IMG/VR virus record: IMGVR_UViG_2802429225_000004 | Strand: one strand, 5' to 3' | Origin: a virus | Taxonomy: Duplodnaviria; Heunggongvirae; Uroviricota; Caudoviricetes | Length of the DNA stretch: 44,726 nt | Part shown: in pieces, positions 17,204 through 26,742 of the stretch | Numbering within the stretch: position 1 is the first letter of the stretch | Layout of the letters: every line of letters begins with the position of its first letter | Made by a program: the position numbers and the translations under genes | The notes under the pieces: generated by a model | What the model was told of the DNA's origin: nothing | The model's input: the letters and a program-made list of their open reading frames with translations, nothing else | The model's database searches: none

Positions 17204-17629
17204 ATGTTTGGTATTTTCAAAAAGAAAACCCGCAAGGCCATTACTGAAGTAAAGAAAATGGAGAACCGCGATGCAGTGGAGGCGACCGTCTGGGGCGCGT
17301 ATTCCATTGCATACGCTGACGGCACCTGTGACGCGAAAGAAATCGCGGTGCTGGAGAAAACCATTGCAGCACTTCCTGCTTTTGCGCCGTTCTCCGGTGA
17401 GATTGCACAAATGAGTGCAAATATCCGCGCCCGTTATGAAGCGTCGCCGCGCTCTGCCAATGCTGAAGCCCTTCGTCAGTTGGCTGACGTGGCAGGAACA
17501 GACGATGCAGTTAATGTGCTGTGCCTGTGTCTGGATATCGCTGACCAGGATGGCATTGGTCCGGATGAAGAAGCACAGCTCAAGAAAATTGCTCAGGCGC
17601 TTCAGCTACCGCTGGAGCAGTACCTGTGA
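17204..17629 (+). CDS. TerB-like (tellurite-resistance TerB fold) small protein; moron between Q and lysis genes
   Basis: ATG with AAAGGAAAAG RBS; about 141 aa with TerB-like paired-helix pattern (AYADGTCDAKEIAVLEK...DIADQDGIGPDEEAQLKKIA). Confidence 0.5.
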   Translation: MFGIFKKKTRKAITEVKKMENRDAVEATVWGAYSIAYADGTCDAKEIAVLEKTIAALPAFAPFSGEIAQMSANIRARYEASPRSANAEALRQLADVAGTDDAVNVLCLCLDIADQDGIGPDEEAQLKKIAQALQLPLEQYL

Positions 17630-17778
17630 AAAGTGCGCGCCTTGTGCTGGCTGCCATCCTGCTGTTTCTGGTAGTGGCGGTGGATTTCACCGGACGGCTG
17701 ATGTCGGTGCTGGCAGATGGTGTGCTGGTGGCGATGGCGCTGGTCGTGCTCCGGCCTTTACTGCATAAATCTGAATAA
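17626..17778 (+). CDS. Small hydrophobic membrane peptide (about 50 aa)
   Basis: GTG overlapping TerB-like stop; VKSARLVLAAILLFLVVAVDF...VLVAMALVVL; below ORF-track cutoff. Confidence 0.3.
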   Translation: MKSARLVLAAILLFLVVAVDFTGRLMSVLADGVLVAMALVVLRPLLHKSE

Positions 17779-17830
17779 CATCACACAAAAGGCATCTGCG
17801 GGTGCCTTTGACGGGGTGTTGTTTTTTTAC

Positions 17831-17852
17831 GGGCCGCTGGTGGCCCTTTTTT
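17831..17852 (+). terminator. Rho-independent terminator upstream of the lysis cassette
   Basis: GGGCC-GCTGGT-GGCCC hairpin followed by T6. Confidence 0.5.
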
Positions 17853-17870
17853 ATTTACAGGAGAAAAAGT

Positions 17871-18263
17871 ATGTCTGAACCCTTATCCGGTTCCGGCACG
17901 GCTGCGGCGCTCGGCGGGGCGACGGTATTCGGGCTGTTTACCGGAACGGATTTCGGGATTGTGTTTGGTGCGTTCGCCGGGGCGTTATTTGTGGCAACGA
18001 TGCCGCAGGCGCTTTCAGCCTGGCGTGTGGCAGCGCATTTTCTGGTGTCGTTCATTATCGGCGTGCTGGGCGCAGAGGTTCTGGCATCCTGGCTGGTAAA
18101 GCATACAGAGTTTGATGGTGCACCTGTTGACGCATTGTGTGCAGTGCTGGTGTCTGTATTGTCGGTAAAAGTGCTGTCCTTTGTGCACAGGCAGGACGTT
18201 ATATCACTGATGTCCTGTCTGCTCTCCCGCCTGAAGAGTGGAGGAGGCGATAATGTTAAGTAA
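17871..18263 (+). CDS. Holin-like membrane protein
   Basis: ATG with AGGAGAAAAAG RBS; multiple Gly/Ala-rich predicted TM segments; first gene of lysis cassette. Confidence 0.55.
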   Translation: MSEPLSGSGTAAALGGATVFGLFTGTDFGIVFGAFAGALFVATMPQALSAWRVAAHFLVSFIIGVLGAEVLASWLVKHTEFDGAPVDALCAVLVSVLSVKVLSFVHRQDVISLMSCLLSRLKSGGGDNVK

Positions 18264-18528
18264 CCTTCCCGGATTGCTGAATGTGGCGTTATGCACGGTT
18301 ATCGTGCTGACGCTCTTTTTTTATCGTCGCCGTGATTCCAGACATAAACCGCTGATGTCATGGCTGGCCTGGCTGCTGATGCTGCTGTATGCCTTTGCGC
18401 CCCTCAGCTATCTGTGCGGTCGCCCGTTAGCGGCGAACTGGCTGGCGGTGGGGCTTAATCTGCTGTTCTGCGTGCTGGTGATTCGTGCACGCGGGAACGT
18501 TTCAAAAATCCTTTCATTTCGGAGGTGA
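18252..18528 (+). CDS. Second small membrane protein (holin/antiholin-like)
   Basis: Overlaps first holin end; 2-3 hydrophobic segments. Confidence 0.45.
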
Positions 18529-18530
18529 GC

Positions 18531-18908
18531 ATGTCGGGTAAATTCAGATTCAGTCGTCGTAGCGAAAAAAATCTGGAGGGCGTCAAACCACAGCTGGTTG
18601 CTGTAGTTCGCCGTGCACTGGAGCTGACGGAAGTTGATTTCGGTATTACGGAAGGTCTGCGCAGTAAGTATCGCCAGAAACAGCTGGTTGCAGAAGGTAA
18701 GAGCCAGACCATGAACAGCCGCCACCTGACCGGTGATGCTGTGGATGTTGTGGCTTATGTTGGCAGCCAGGTGTCATGGGACTGGCCTCTGTACGAGAAA
18801 ATCGCACAGGCATTTAAGCAGGCTGCCGCAGAGCTTGGAACTGCCATCGAATGGGGCGGTGACTGGCGGACGCTTAAAGACGGCCCACATTTTCAATTGA
18901 AGCGATAG
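18531..18908 (+). CDS. Endolysin, peptidase M15 (L-alanyl-D-glutamate/VanY-like) family
   Basis: GGAGG RBS; Zn-binding motif pattern SRHLTGDAVDV ... DGPHFQL (H-x6-D ... H). Confidence 0.7.
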   Translation: MSGKFRFSRRSEKNLEGVKPQLVAVVRRALELTEVDFGITEGLRSKYRQKQLVAEGKSQTMNSRHLTGDAVDVVAYVGSQVSWDWPLYEKIAQAFKQAAAELGTAIEWGGDWRTLKDGPHFQLKR

Positions 18909-18978
18909 CTTGCAAAACATACAGGGCTGCCATGAGCGGCTTTTTTATTGCTCAAAAAACGAAAGAACGGAGGTACAT

Positions 18979-19260
18979 ATGTACGCACTGAAAAAAATTA
19001 CCGTAACTGAAGATGGTCGCCAGGTTGAGGAAGTGCATGTCCTGGGGGATATGTATCGTCTGGAGTTCTATCCGCGTGGCACTCATCTTGCAGCAAAAAT
19101 TGAGTATTGCCTGGGCGGGGATATTCCATGTATTCCGGTAGAAAAAGAGGATGAGGCTTACATTACCACGCTGACCGGAGACACGGTGCGTTGTATCTGT
19201 CGCGGTGGCAGTAAAGCCAGGAATGAAATAGCCAGATGCCGCACCCAAGGCAGTAAATAA
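18979..19260 (+). CDS. Hypothetical Cys-containing 94-aa protein
   Basis: Internal ATG with GGAGG RBS; no TM segment, not spanin-like. Confidence 0.4.
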   Translation: MYALKKITVTEDGRQVEEVHVLGDMYRLEFYPRGTHLAAKIEYCLGGDIPCIPVEKEDEAYITTLTGDTVRCICRGGSKARNEIARCRTQGSK

Positions 19261-19269
19261 AAAACAAAA

Positions 19270-19301
19270 CCCCGGCTGCTGGAACAGTCCGGGGTTTTTT
19301 T
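19270..19301 (+). terminator. Rho-independent terminator
   Basis: CCCCGG...CCGGGG hairpin followed by T7. Confidence 0.55.
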
Positions 19302-19392
19302 AGTTTTCACGTCAAAGAGGAAATTGTGAGTAGTGAGTACGGAGAAAATCCTCGTGGGAAAGTATAAAAGATTCTTTTTGAGGTTGTCCATT

Positions 19393-19506
19393 ATGAAAGG
19401 TATTGAAGTGGAAACTCCCGCGAGCTTTGATTTGACAAGGGCTGCGGCCTTTGCAGTTCGCCTTGTGGCGGTCGCTGTTCTGATTTGGGCTGTGCGTTGG
19501 TGGTGA
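19393..19506 (+). CDS. Small TM peptide (37 aa)
   Basis: Manually translated; hydrophobic C-terminal half AAAFAVRLVAVAVLIWAVRWW; stop 1 nt before next ATG. Confidence 0.3.
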   Translation: MKGIEVETPASFDLTRAAAFAVRLVAVAVLIWAVRWW

Positions 19507-19507
19507 C

Positions 19508-19690
19508 ATGAGCCGAAAACACTGGACACACAGAATGCCTCGAACGGCGGTGAAATGGGCGCTGGTAGCGATACTGGTGCCTTTTTTCCTGGTGGGATGT
19601 GTCAGCCTGGATAAAGCGCGCCAGCTTTTTGATACAGCTTCTCAGGTCTGTGAAATTGTCGACGGTGTTCGGCAGTGTCTGCAGAACTGA
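19508..19690 (+). CDS. Small lipoprotein (signal peptide with lipobox LVGC), possible o-spanin-like or exclusion lipoprotein
   Basis: 60-aa ORF; N-terminal signal sequence ending FFLVGC; mature part about 30 aa with 3 Cys. Confidence 0.45.
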   Translation: MSRKHWTHRMPRTAVKWALVAILVPFFLVGCVSLDKARQLFDTASQVCEIVDGVRQCLQN

Positions 19691-19861
19691 TCGCCTGTAA
19701 GAGCAGAATATTTTGCTGAAAAATGAAGGATGTGTCAGCGTCTGGAAAGCATGAAATTCTGTGTTTGTGGCTACTCAATTAAATAAATTCTTTCTGTCGC
19801 CGCGAATACTCAAATGTTGATCAGCGCCCGGTGCGGCGACGGGCTTCGATATCAGGAGACG

Positions 19862-20161
19862 ATGATGGAAAAAACAGAAAACAAACCGATTGTAATTGGT
19901 GCTGATGCTGCTCCGTTTAAGTTTGAGTTGTCTCAACTGGTGGAGATGCGCATCAGTGATGAATGGGGGGAGGTTAAAGCCCGCGCGCAGTATGCGGATG
20001 GCGAAAACCAGTACTTGATCCACTACAAAGCAGCTGATGGTCGCGCCACGACGGAGTGGTTTGGTGAGTCAATGCTGGAAGCAACGGAAGATGATCGCCA
20101 TCCTGGCTGTCCGGTATTTGCTGGTATGAAATTGCCGGAAGGCGCGGTTGTTACTGAGTAA
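19862..20161 (+). CDS. Hypothetical protein
   Basis: ATG with CAGGAGAC RBS; 99 aa. Confidence 0.4.
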   Translation: MMEKTENKPIVIGADAAPFKFELSQLVEMRISDEWGEVKARAQYADGENQYLIHYKAADGRATTEWFGESMLEATEDDRHPGCPVFAGMKLPEGAVVTE

Positions 20162-20414
20162 CGGGCATTACAGCAGCCCTTCAGCGAGGGGCTGCGATAA
20201 TGCAACACAGGAATAAAAACCGGCCAGGGAGAATCCGTTAAAGGTCTGCCGGTGGCGAAAAAGTGCCAGGTGCTCAACCTAAGCTGATTCTCTGTTGAAC
20301 ACAATAATTTTATTTACATCTATGTGAATGCGTAGGGCTTCTGTGATGCACGTCATGTTAATGATGTATGGATATGCGAATCATTCCCATTTTCACGGGT
20401 CCTTTCCAGAATCT

Positions 20415-20612
20415 GAAATACCGAGGGTCTGGGGACGCGCAAAAACGCGCTATTTATGAAAATTTTCAGGGAAAAAGCAGATCCGTTCTTCTTCTGGCTA
20501 ACCTGTTGTGTAATAAAATTTTCTTGAGAAAAAGAAAGGATCTGGTAGCGGTGATTTTTCGCTGAAAAAAGCGTTTTGAGATCCTTTCTTCTTTTTGTGA
20601 GGAATATGTGCC
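20415..20612. other. Lambda-like cos region (cosN/cosB) upstream of Nu1
   Basis: Segment ...GGGTCTGGGGACGCGCAAAAACGCGCTATTTATGAAAATTTTC...CCGTTCTTCTTC...GAAAAAGAAAGGA closely parallels remembered lambda left-end sequence. Confidence 0.45.
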
Positions 20613-21161
20613 GTGAAGGTTAACAAAAAGAAACTAGCGGAAATTTTTGAGTGCGATGTCAGAACAATCACTGGCTGGCAAAGTCAGGGGCTGAGAGTTT
20701 TGTCGGGGGGAGGCAAAGGTATCGAGGCCATGTTCAATACAGCAGAAGCCATTGAGTGGTATGCGCAGCGGGAAAAAGATATCGAAAACGAAAAGCTCCG
20801 CAAAGAACTGGAAGATTTGCGTGCGGCTGCAGAATCAGATTTACAACCCGGCACCATTGACTATGAACGCTACCGGCTCACCAAAGCACAGGCTGACGCA
20901 CAGGAGCTGAAAAATGCCCGTGAAGAAGGGCTGGTGCTGGAAACGGAATTGTTTACCTTCATTCTGCAACGTGTGGCACAGGAGATTTCGGGGATACTTG
21001 TACGTGTGCCGCTGACATTACAGCGTAAATATCCGGATATTTCACCATCACACCTTGATGTGGTGAAAACTGAAATCGCGAAAGCCTCCAATGTTGCAGC
21101 TAAAGCCGGTGAAAACGTGGGCAGGTGGATTGATGATTTCAGACGCACAGAAGGCAGCTAA
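20613..21161 (+). CDS. Nu1: Terminase small subunit (lambda Nu1-like)
   Basis: [35 protein letters not shown] aligns with remembered lambda Nu1 N-terminus; GTG start. Confidence 0.85.
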   Translation: MKVNKKKLAEIFECDVRTITGWQSQGLRVLSGGGKGIEAMFNTAEAIEWYAQREKDIENEKLRKELEDLRAAAESDLQPGTIDYERYRLTKAQADAQELKNAREEGLVLETELFTFILQRVAQEISGILVRVPLTLQRKYPDISPSHLDVVKTEIAKASNVAAKAGENVGRWIDDFRRTEGS

Positions 21162-23049
21162 TGCAGCCGGTGCGATAGCTACAGGGCTTTTATCTCTCAA
21201 TATTCCGGTTCCACTGACGACGGTTCAGTGGGCTGATCAACATTATTATCTGCCGAAAGAATCTTCATACACTCCCGGACAATGGGAAACCCTGCCGTTT
21301 CAGGTTGCCATTATGAACAGCATGGGAAATGACCGGATCCGCACCGTTAATCTGATTAAATCGGCGCGCGTTGGTTACACCAAAATGCTGTTGGGGGTGG
21401 AGGCTTATTTTATTGAGCATAAATCCCGTAACAGTCTGCTTTTTCAGCCAACAGATTCTGCGGCAGAAGATTTCATGAAATCTCATGTTGAGCCAACGAT
21501 CAGGGATGTCCCTGCATTGCTGGAGCTGGCTCCATGGTACGGAAGAAAGCACCGCGATAATACACTTACCCTGAAGCGTTTTTCCTCCGGCGTGGGGTTC
21601 TGGTGCCTGGGCGGTGCCGCAGCTAAAAACTACCGTGAAAAATCTGTGGATGTGGTCTGCTATGACGAACTCTCCTCGTTTGAACCGGATGTGGAAAAAG
21701 AAGGCTCGCCGACGCTGCTTGGCGATAAACGTATCGAAGGCTCGGTATGGCCTAAATCCATACGCGGCTCAACGCCGAAAATTAAAGGCTCCTGCCAGAT
21801 TGAGAAAGCCGCGAATGAATCTGCGCATTTCATGCGGTTTTATGTCCCTTGCCCTCATTGCGGGGAGGCCCAGTATCTGAAGTTTGGCGATGATGCGACG
21901 CCGTTTGGCCTGAAATGGGAGAAGGGTAAACCGGAAACGGTGTATTACCTGTGTGAACATAATGGCTGTGTGATCCGGCAGTCGGAACTTGACCAGACCG
22001 ACGGGCGCTGGATTTGTGACAATACCGGGATGTGGACGCGCGACGGCCTGGCATTTTACAGCGCCGGTGATGAGGAGATGCCGCCACCGCGCTCAATCAC
22101 GTACCACGTGTGGACAGCGTACAGTCCGTTCACCACCTGGGTACAGATTGTTTATGACTGGCTGGATGCGCTGAAGGATCCGAACGGTGTTAAGACGTTT
22201 ATTAACACCACGCTCGGGGAGCCCTATGAAGAGGCCGTGGCAGAAAAACTGAGCTTTGAGTTGTTGCTGGAAAAAGTCTGCCACTATGGTGCGCAGGTTC
22301 CCCTGCGGGTGGTTTACCTGACCGCCGGGATCGACTCCCAGAAAGATCGCTATGAAATTTATGTCTGGGGCTGGGCTCCCGGCGAAGAAGCCTTTCTGAT
22401 TGATAAGCAAATTATCATGGGGCGACCGGAAGACGAGGACACCCTTAAACGTGTTGATACGGTGATCCGGAAAAAATATCGTCATGCTGACGGTACTGAA
22501 ATTTCCATTTCCCGTGTCTGCTGGGATACCGGTGGTATCGACCAGGACATTGTGTATCAGCGTTCCAGGAAACACGGCACTTTTTTTGTGCTTCCCATAA
22601 AAGGGGCATCGGTGTACGGCAAGCCGGTGATCACCATGCCCAAAAAGCGCAACCAGCGTGGTGTGTTTTTGTGTGAGGTGGGCTCCGATACCGTCAAGGA
22701 AATGCTGTACGCCCGTTTTGCCCTGCCAGTGGTCTCTGTCAGTGAAGCCGCCCCGTATACCTTCCGTTTTCCGGATAACCCCGACATTTTTTCGGAAGAA
22801 GAGGCGCGTCAGATCGTGGCGGAAGAGCTGGTGGAGAAGGTGGTTAATGGCAGGGTGAAACTGCTGTGGGATAAAAAAGGGCGACGCAACGAAGCCCTCG
22901 ACTGCCTGGTATATGCCTATGCTGCCCTGCGTATTTCAGTTCAGCGGTGGCAGCTGGATCTTGAAGCACTGGCCCGTGCCAGAAGAGATGAGCAGGACGA
23001 CGATGAGATGAGTCTGGAAGAAATCGCGGCTGCACTGAGTGGAGGATAA
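21133..23049 (+). CDS. A: Terminase large subunit (lambda gpA-like)
   Basis: Extensive similarity to remembered lambda gpA across the protein ([44 protein letters not shown]). Confidence 0.9.
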   Translation: MISDAQKAANAAGAIATGLLSLNIPVPLTTVQWADQHYYLPKESSYTPGQWETLPFQVAIMNSMGNDRIRTVNLIKSARVGYTKMLLGVEAYFIEHKSRNSLLFQPTDSAAEDFMKSHVEPTIRDVPALLELAPWYGRKHRDNTLTLKRFSSGVGFWCLGGAAAKNYREKSVDVVCYDELSSFEPDVEKEGSPTLLGDKRIEGSVWPKSIRGSTPKIKGSCQIEKAANESAHFMRFYVPCPHCGEAQYLKFGDDATPFGLKWEKGKPETVYYLCEHNGCVIRQSELDQTDGRWICDNTGMWTRDGLAFYSAGDEEMPPPRSITYHVWTAYSPFTTWVQIVYDWLDALKDPNGVKTFINTTLGEPYEEAVAEKLSFELLLEKVCHYGAQVPLRVVYLTAGIDSQKDRYEIYVWGWAPGEEAFLIDKQIIMGRPEDEDTLKRVDTVIRKKYRHADGTEISISRVCWDTGGIDQDIVYQRSRKHGTFFVLPIKGASVYGKPVITMPKKRNQRGVFLCEVGSDTVKEMLYARFALPVVSVSEAAPYTFRFPDNPDIFSEEEARQIVAEELVEKVVNGRVKLLWDKKGRRNEALDCLVYAYAALRISVQRWQLDLEALARARRDEQDDDEMSLEEIAAALSGG

Positions 23050-23052
23050 AGA

Positions 23053-23262
23053 ATGGTTTATACGCATGAAATGCTTTGTGATGCCCGTCGGGCATTACAT
23101 GAACTGATGATCGGACGTGCTGTGGTTTCCGTCAGTAAGGACGGGCGTCAGGTTCAGTATTCGCGGGCGACGATTGGTGAACTACGCCAGTATATTAAAG
23201 AGCTGGAAAGTGCGCTGGGCGTATCCGGACGGCGTTGTGCCCCGGCAGGAGTGGGGCTGTGA
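23053..23262 (+). CDS. W: Head-tail joining protein gpW-like
   Basis: 69 aa; pattern ARRALHELM.G..V..V.KDGR.V....A.I.EL..YI.ELE resembles lambda gpW. Confidence 0.8.
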   Translation: MVYTHEMLCDARRALHELMIGRAVVSVSKDGRQVQYSRATIGELRQYIKELESALGVSGRRCAPAGVGL

Positions 23263-24830
23263 ACGGGGAACTGGTGGATCTGCACGGGCAGCCATTGCGG
23301 CAGAGTATGGGATATTCCGGAGGGGGTACCGGATTTGGCGGGCAGCTTGCGGAATGGTTGCCTGCACCGGAAAGTGCCGATGTGGCGCTCTTACCTTCCA
23401 TTCAGCTGGGTAACGCCCGTGCGGATGATCTGGTCCGTAACAACGGTATTGCCGCAAATGCAGTGGAAATTCATAAAGACCATATCGTCGGGCACATGTT
23501 TCGCCTGAGCTACCGGCCCAACTGGCGCTGGCTGGGGATGTCGGAAGCTGATTCGCATGCCTTTATTGAAGATGTGGAGGCGGCGTGGATGGAATATTGC
23601 GATCCTGTGTTTGGTTCGATGGATGTGGAGGGGCGTCGCTCGTTTACCGAATTTATTCGTGAAGGGGTGGGCGTTCATACGTTTAACGGTGAAATTTTTG
23701 TCCAGCCCGTATGGGATACGGAATCCACGTCATTATTCCGGACGAAATTCAAGACCATCAGCCCGAAACGTGTCAGTACGCCCGTTTATGGCATCGGCGA
23801 TCGTTTTATGCGTGCCGGGGTGGAAATCAACCGGTACGGAAAAGCACTGGCCTACCATGTTCAGGAAGATGACAGGCCCGGTTACGGTGTCAGCAACTGG
23901 ACGCGGATTGCGGCGACGCTGCCCTCCGGGCGACCGGGAATGATCCATGTGTTTCAGCCGCAGGAGGACGGGCAGACGCGCGGGGCCAACCAGTTTTATT
24001 CTGTCATGGAGCGCCTCAAGATGCTCGACACACTGCAGGCCACGCAACTGCAGTCGGCGGTGGTGCGGGCGATGTATGCCGCGACGATTGAATCCACACT
24101 GGATTCGGAAAAAGCATTTGAATATATCGCCGGGGTGGGAGACGGCGGAAAAAATCCCCTGAACACCATCATGAAAGGCTATGCGCGTTATTACGCCACC
24201 AATACGGTAAAACTGGGCGGGGTCCGTATTCCGCATCTTTACCCGGGGGATTCACTGAATCTGCAGACAGCGCAGAATGCAGATAATGGTTTCTCTGAAC
24301 TGGAAAAGGCGCTGTTACGTTACATTGCTGCCGGGCTGGGGGTGTCCTATGAACAGCTTTCCCGTGATTATTCACAGGTCAGTTATTCCAGTGCCAGGGC
24401 ATCCGCCAATGAGTCGTGGCGGTATTTTATGGGCAAACGAAAATTTGTGGCCAGTCGACTGGCATCACAGATGTTTGCCTGCTGGCTGGAGGAAGCTCTT
24501 ATTCGCGGTGTGATTCGCCCGCCGAAATCCCGTTTTTCATTCTGGGAGGCCCGTTCCGGATGGTGTCGTGCCGAGTGGATTGGTGCCGGTCGCATGGCGA
24601 TTGATGGCCTTAAGGAAGTGCAGGAAGCGGTGATGCGTATTGAAGGTGGTTTAAGCACGTACGAGAAAGAGCTGGCCCTGATGGGCGATGACTATCAGGA
24701 GATTTTCCGCCAGCAACTGCGTGAAAGCCAGGAGCGACAGGCAGCGGGTCTTCCCCGCCCCATCTGGATAAAGGACACGTTTCAGCAGCAGATCCGACAG
24801 ACAACGGGAGAAAAAGGTGATGCGTCGTAA
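23259..24830 (+). CDS. B: Portal protein (lambda gpB-like)
   Basis: GTG start overlapping W stop; strong similarity to remembered lambda gpB (GNARADDLVRNNG, VFQPQEDGQTRGAN, LRYIAAGLGVSYEQLSR). Confidence 0.9.
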   Translation: MNGELVDLHGQPLRQSMGYSGGGTGFGGQLAEWLPAPESADVALLPSIQLGNARADDLVRNNGIAANAVEIHKDHIVGHMFRLSYRPNWRWLGMSEADSHAFIEDVEAAWMEYCDPVFGSMDVEGRRSFTEFIREGVGVHTFNGEIFVQPVWDTESTSLFRTKFKTISPKRVSTPVYGIGDRFMRAGVEINRYGKALAYHVQEDDRPGYGVSNWTRIAATLPSGRPGMIHVFQPQEDGQTRGANQFYSVMERLKMLDTLQATQLQSAVVRAMYAATIESTLDSEKAFEYIAGVGDGGKNPLNTIMKGYARYYATNTVKLGGVRIPHLYPGDSLNLQTAQNADNGFSELEKALLRYIAAGLGVSYEQLSRDYSQVSYSSARASANESWRYFMGKRKFVASRLASQMFACWLEEALIRGVIRPPKSRFSFWEARSGWCRAEWIGAGRMAIDGLKEVQEAVMRIEGGLSTYEKELALMGDDYQEIFRQQLRESQERQAAGLPRPIWIKDTFQQQIRQTTGEKGDAS

Positions 24831-26298
24831 TTTATCGCATATTGCCGCCATGGCATTTAATGAGCCGCTTTTACTGGAACCCGCCTATGCGCGGGTTTTC
24901 TTTTGCGCGCTGGGTAAAGAGATAGGGGCCGGCAGTCTTGCCGTTCCTCAGCAGGCTGTTCAGCTTGATGCTGATGGTATGCAACTGGCTGTGACTGACT
25001 ATATGGCGGGCGGTCAGCGTCCGGCGAAGAGTTACCAGGTGAAGAATGGCATTGCCATTCTTCCGGTGAGCGGCACGCTGGTGCATAAACTGGGTACCCT
25101 GCGGCCTTACTCCGGCATGACAGGCTATGACGGTCTGACTGCTCGTCTTCAGATGGCGGTGAATGATCCGGATGTGCGCGGCATTTTGCTGGATATCGAC
25201 AGCCCGGGCGGTCAGGCTGCCGGGGCGTTTGACTGTGCTGACATGATTTACCGTCTGCGGGAACAGAAGCCCGTGTGGGCGCTGTGTAATGACATGGCCT
25301 GTTCAGCCGCCATGTTGGTGGCGGCAGCCTGTACGCGTCGGCTGGTCACACAGACGGCAAAAATTGGTTCGATTGGCGTGATGATGGCGCACACCAGTTA
25401 CGAGAAACAACTGGCACAGGAAGGGGTGGACATCACGCTGATTTACTCCGGGCAGCACAAGGTTGACGGCAACAGTATTCAGGCATTGCCGGCAGGTGTG
25501 CGTGCAGATTTTCAGCGCCGTATTGATGAGACCCGCCGGATGTTTGTCGACAAGGTGGCGCTTTATACGGGGCTGAGTTCAGAGGCGGTGATGAATACCG
25601 AGGCTGCCGTTTATGACGGTCAGGCAGGCATTGATGCAGGCCTGGCTGATCAACTGATTAATGCTGCAGATGCCGTTGAAGTGATGGTTTCTGCACTGAA
25701 TGACTCTGTTACGAAGGAGAATGCAATGACTGTTAAAAATCTCACCGTTGCTGAAGCGGTGGCCCAGGAAAATCAGCGCGTGATGGGGATCCTGAATTGT
25801 CAGGAGGCGAAAGGGCGCGAGCAACTGGCGCAAATGCTGGCAGGTCAGCTAGGAATGACGGTTGAGCAGGCGAAAGCGTTTCTGGCGGCAGCCCCTGCTG
25901 CCAGTGCTGCAGGCACAGGCGATCAGATTATGGCGTTGCCGGAAGCAAAAGGGCGTGAACAACTCGCGCAGGCGCTGGCTGAACAGCCGGGAATGACCGT
26001 TGACCAGGCAAAAACGTTACTGGCGGCGGCACCGGTTGCTGGTTCTGCAAGTGTCGGCGATCAGATTATGGCACTGCCCGAGGCGAAAGGGCGCGAGCAA
26101 CTTGCACAGGCGCTGGCAGAACAACCGGGAATGACGGTGGCGCAGGCGAAAACGTTGCTGGCAGCCGCACCGGCGGCATCGCAACCGTCACAGGAAACAC
26201 TTTTTGATCGCTTTATGGCACAGCATGCCACCAGTTCGGTTTCCGGTGGCGGAACTGCCGGGCGCGGGGAAGAAGACCTGCTGATGAGTATGCCGTAA
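24817..26298 (+). CDS. C: Minor capsid protein C / prohead protease-scaffold (lambda gpC-like, ClpP/S49 fold) with repeat-containing C-terminal region
   Basis: Similarity to remembered lambda gpC (HIAAMAFNEPLLLEPAYARVFFCAL, PVSGTLV, TGSIGVMMAH, ITLIYSG.HKVDGN). Confidence 0.85.
   Translation: MMRRNLSHIAAMAFNEPLLLEPAYARVFFCALGKEIGAGSLAVPQQAVQLDADGMQLAVTDYMAGGQRPAKSYQVKNGIAILPVSGTLVHKLGTLRPYSGMTGYDGLTARLQMAVNDPDVRGILLDIDSPGGQAAGAFDCADMIYRLREQKPVWALCNDMACSAAMLVAAACTRRLVTQTAKIGSIGVMMAHTSYEKQLAQEGVDITLIYSGQHKVDGNSIQALPAGVRADFQRRIDETRRMFVDKVALYTGLSSEAVMNTEAAVYDGQAGIDAGLADQLINAADAVEVMVSALNDSVTKENAMTVKNLTVAEAVAQENQRVMGILNCQEAKGREQLAQMLAGQLGMTVEQAKAFLAAAPAASAAGTGDQIMALPEAKGREQLAQALAEQPGMTVDQAKTLLAAAPVAGSASVGDQIMALPEAKGREQLAQALAEQPGMTVAQAKTLLAAAPAASQPSQETLFDRFMAQHATSSVSGGGTAGRGEEDLLMSMP
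25804..26217 (+). repeat. Three tandem 138-bp (46-aa) in-frame repeats within the gpC-like gene C-terminal region
   Basis: Units start at 25804, 25942, 26080; peptide repeat ALPEAKGREQLAQALAEQPGMTV.QAKTLLAAAP... Confidence 0.8.
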
Positions 26299-26337
26299 GC
26301 GGTATCCGGAATTCAGATAAATCAGGAGACTGAAAAA

Positions 26338-26673
26338 ATGATTAAAACCACCACGGAAAAGCGTGCAGATGTGCGCATTTTTGCCGGAAGCGATCCGGCG
26401 CATACCGCAACAGCCACCAGTGGTATCAGTGCTGCCACACCTGCACTGACGCCACTGATGGTGGATGACGCCACCGGAAAACTGGTTGTCTGGGATGGTC
26501 AGAAAGCCGGAACGGCTGTGGGGGTGCTGGCTCTGGCGCTTGCCGGGACCGAGCCCACGCTGACGTACTACAAAAGCGGTACGTTTGCCACTGAGTCGCT
26601 GGTCTGGCCTGGTTCGGTGGATGCGGTGAAAAAAGCCAACGCATTTGTGGGAAGTGCCATCAGCCACGCCTGA
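26338..26673 (+). CDS. D: Head decoration protein (lambda gpD-like)
   Basis: 111 aa; SDPAHTATA...TPLM.D...KLV.WDG resembles lambda gpD. Confidence 0.85.
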   Translation: MIKTTTEKRADVRIFAGSDPAHTATATSGISAATPALTPLMVDDATGKLVVWDGQKAGTAVGVLALALAGTEPTLTYYKSGTFATESLVWPGSVDAVKKANAFVGSAISHA

Positions 26674-26742
26674 TGGTGAAGTGATTAACTGAAAAAACGG
26701 GTCGCGATGCGGCCCGTTTGTGTTTCTGAAGGAAAATAAATT

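Noticed and set aside
25804-26217. Possible CRISPR-like repeat array
   Set aside because: The repeats are 138-bp in-frame coding repeats inside the gpC-like gene with no spacer/repeat architecture and no cas genes; no CRISPR array is present in the window
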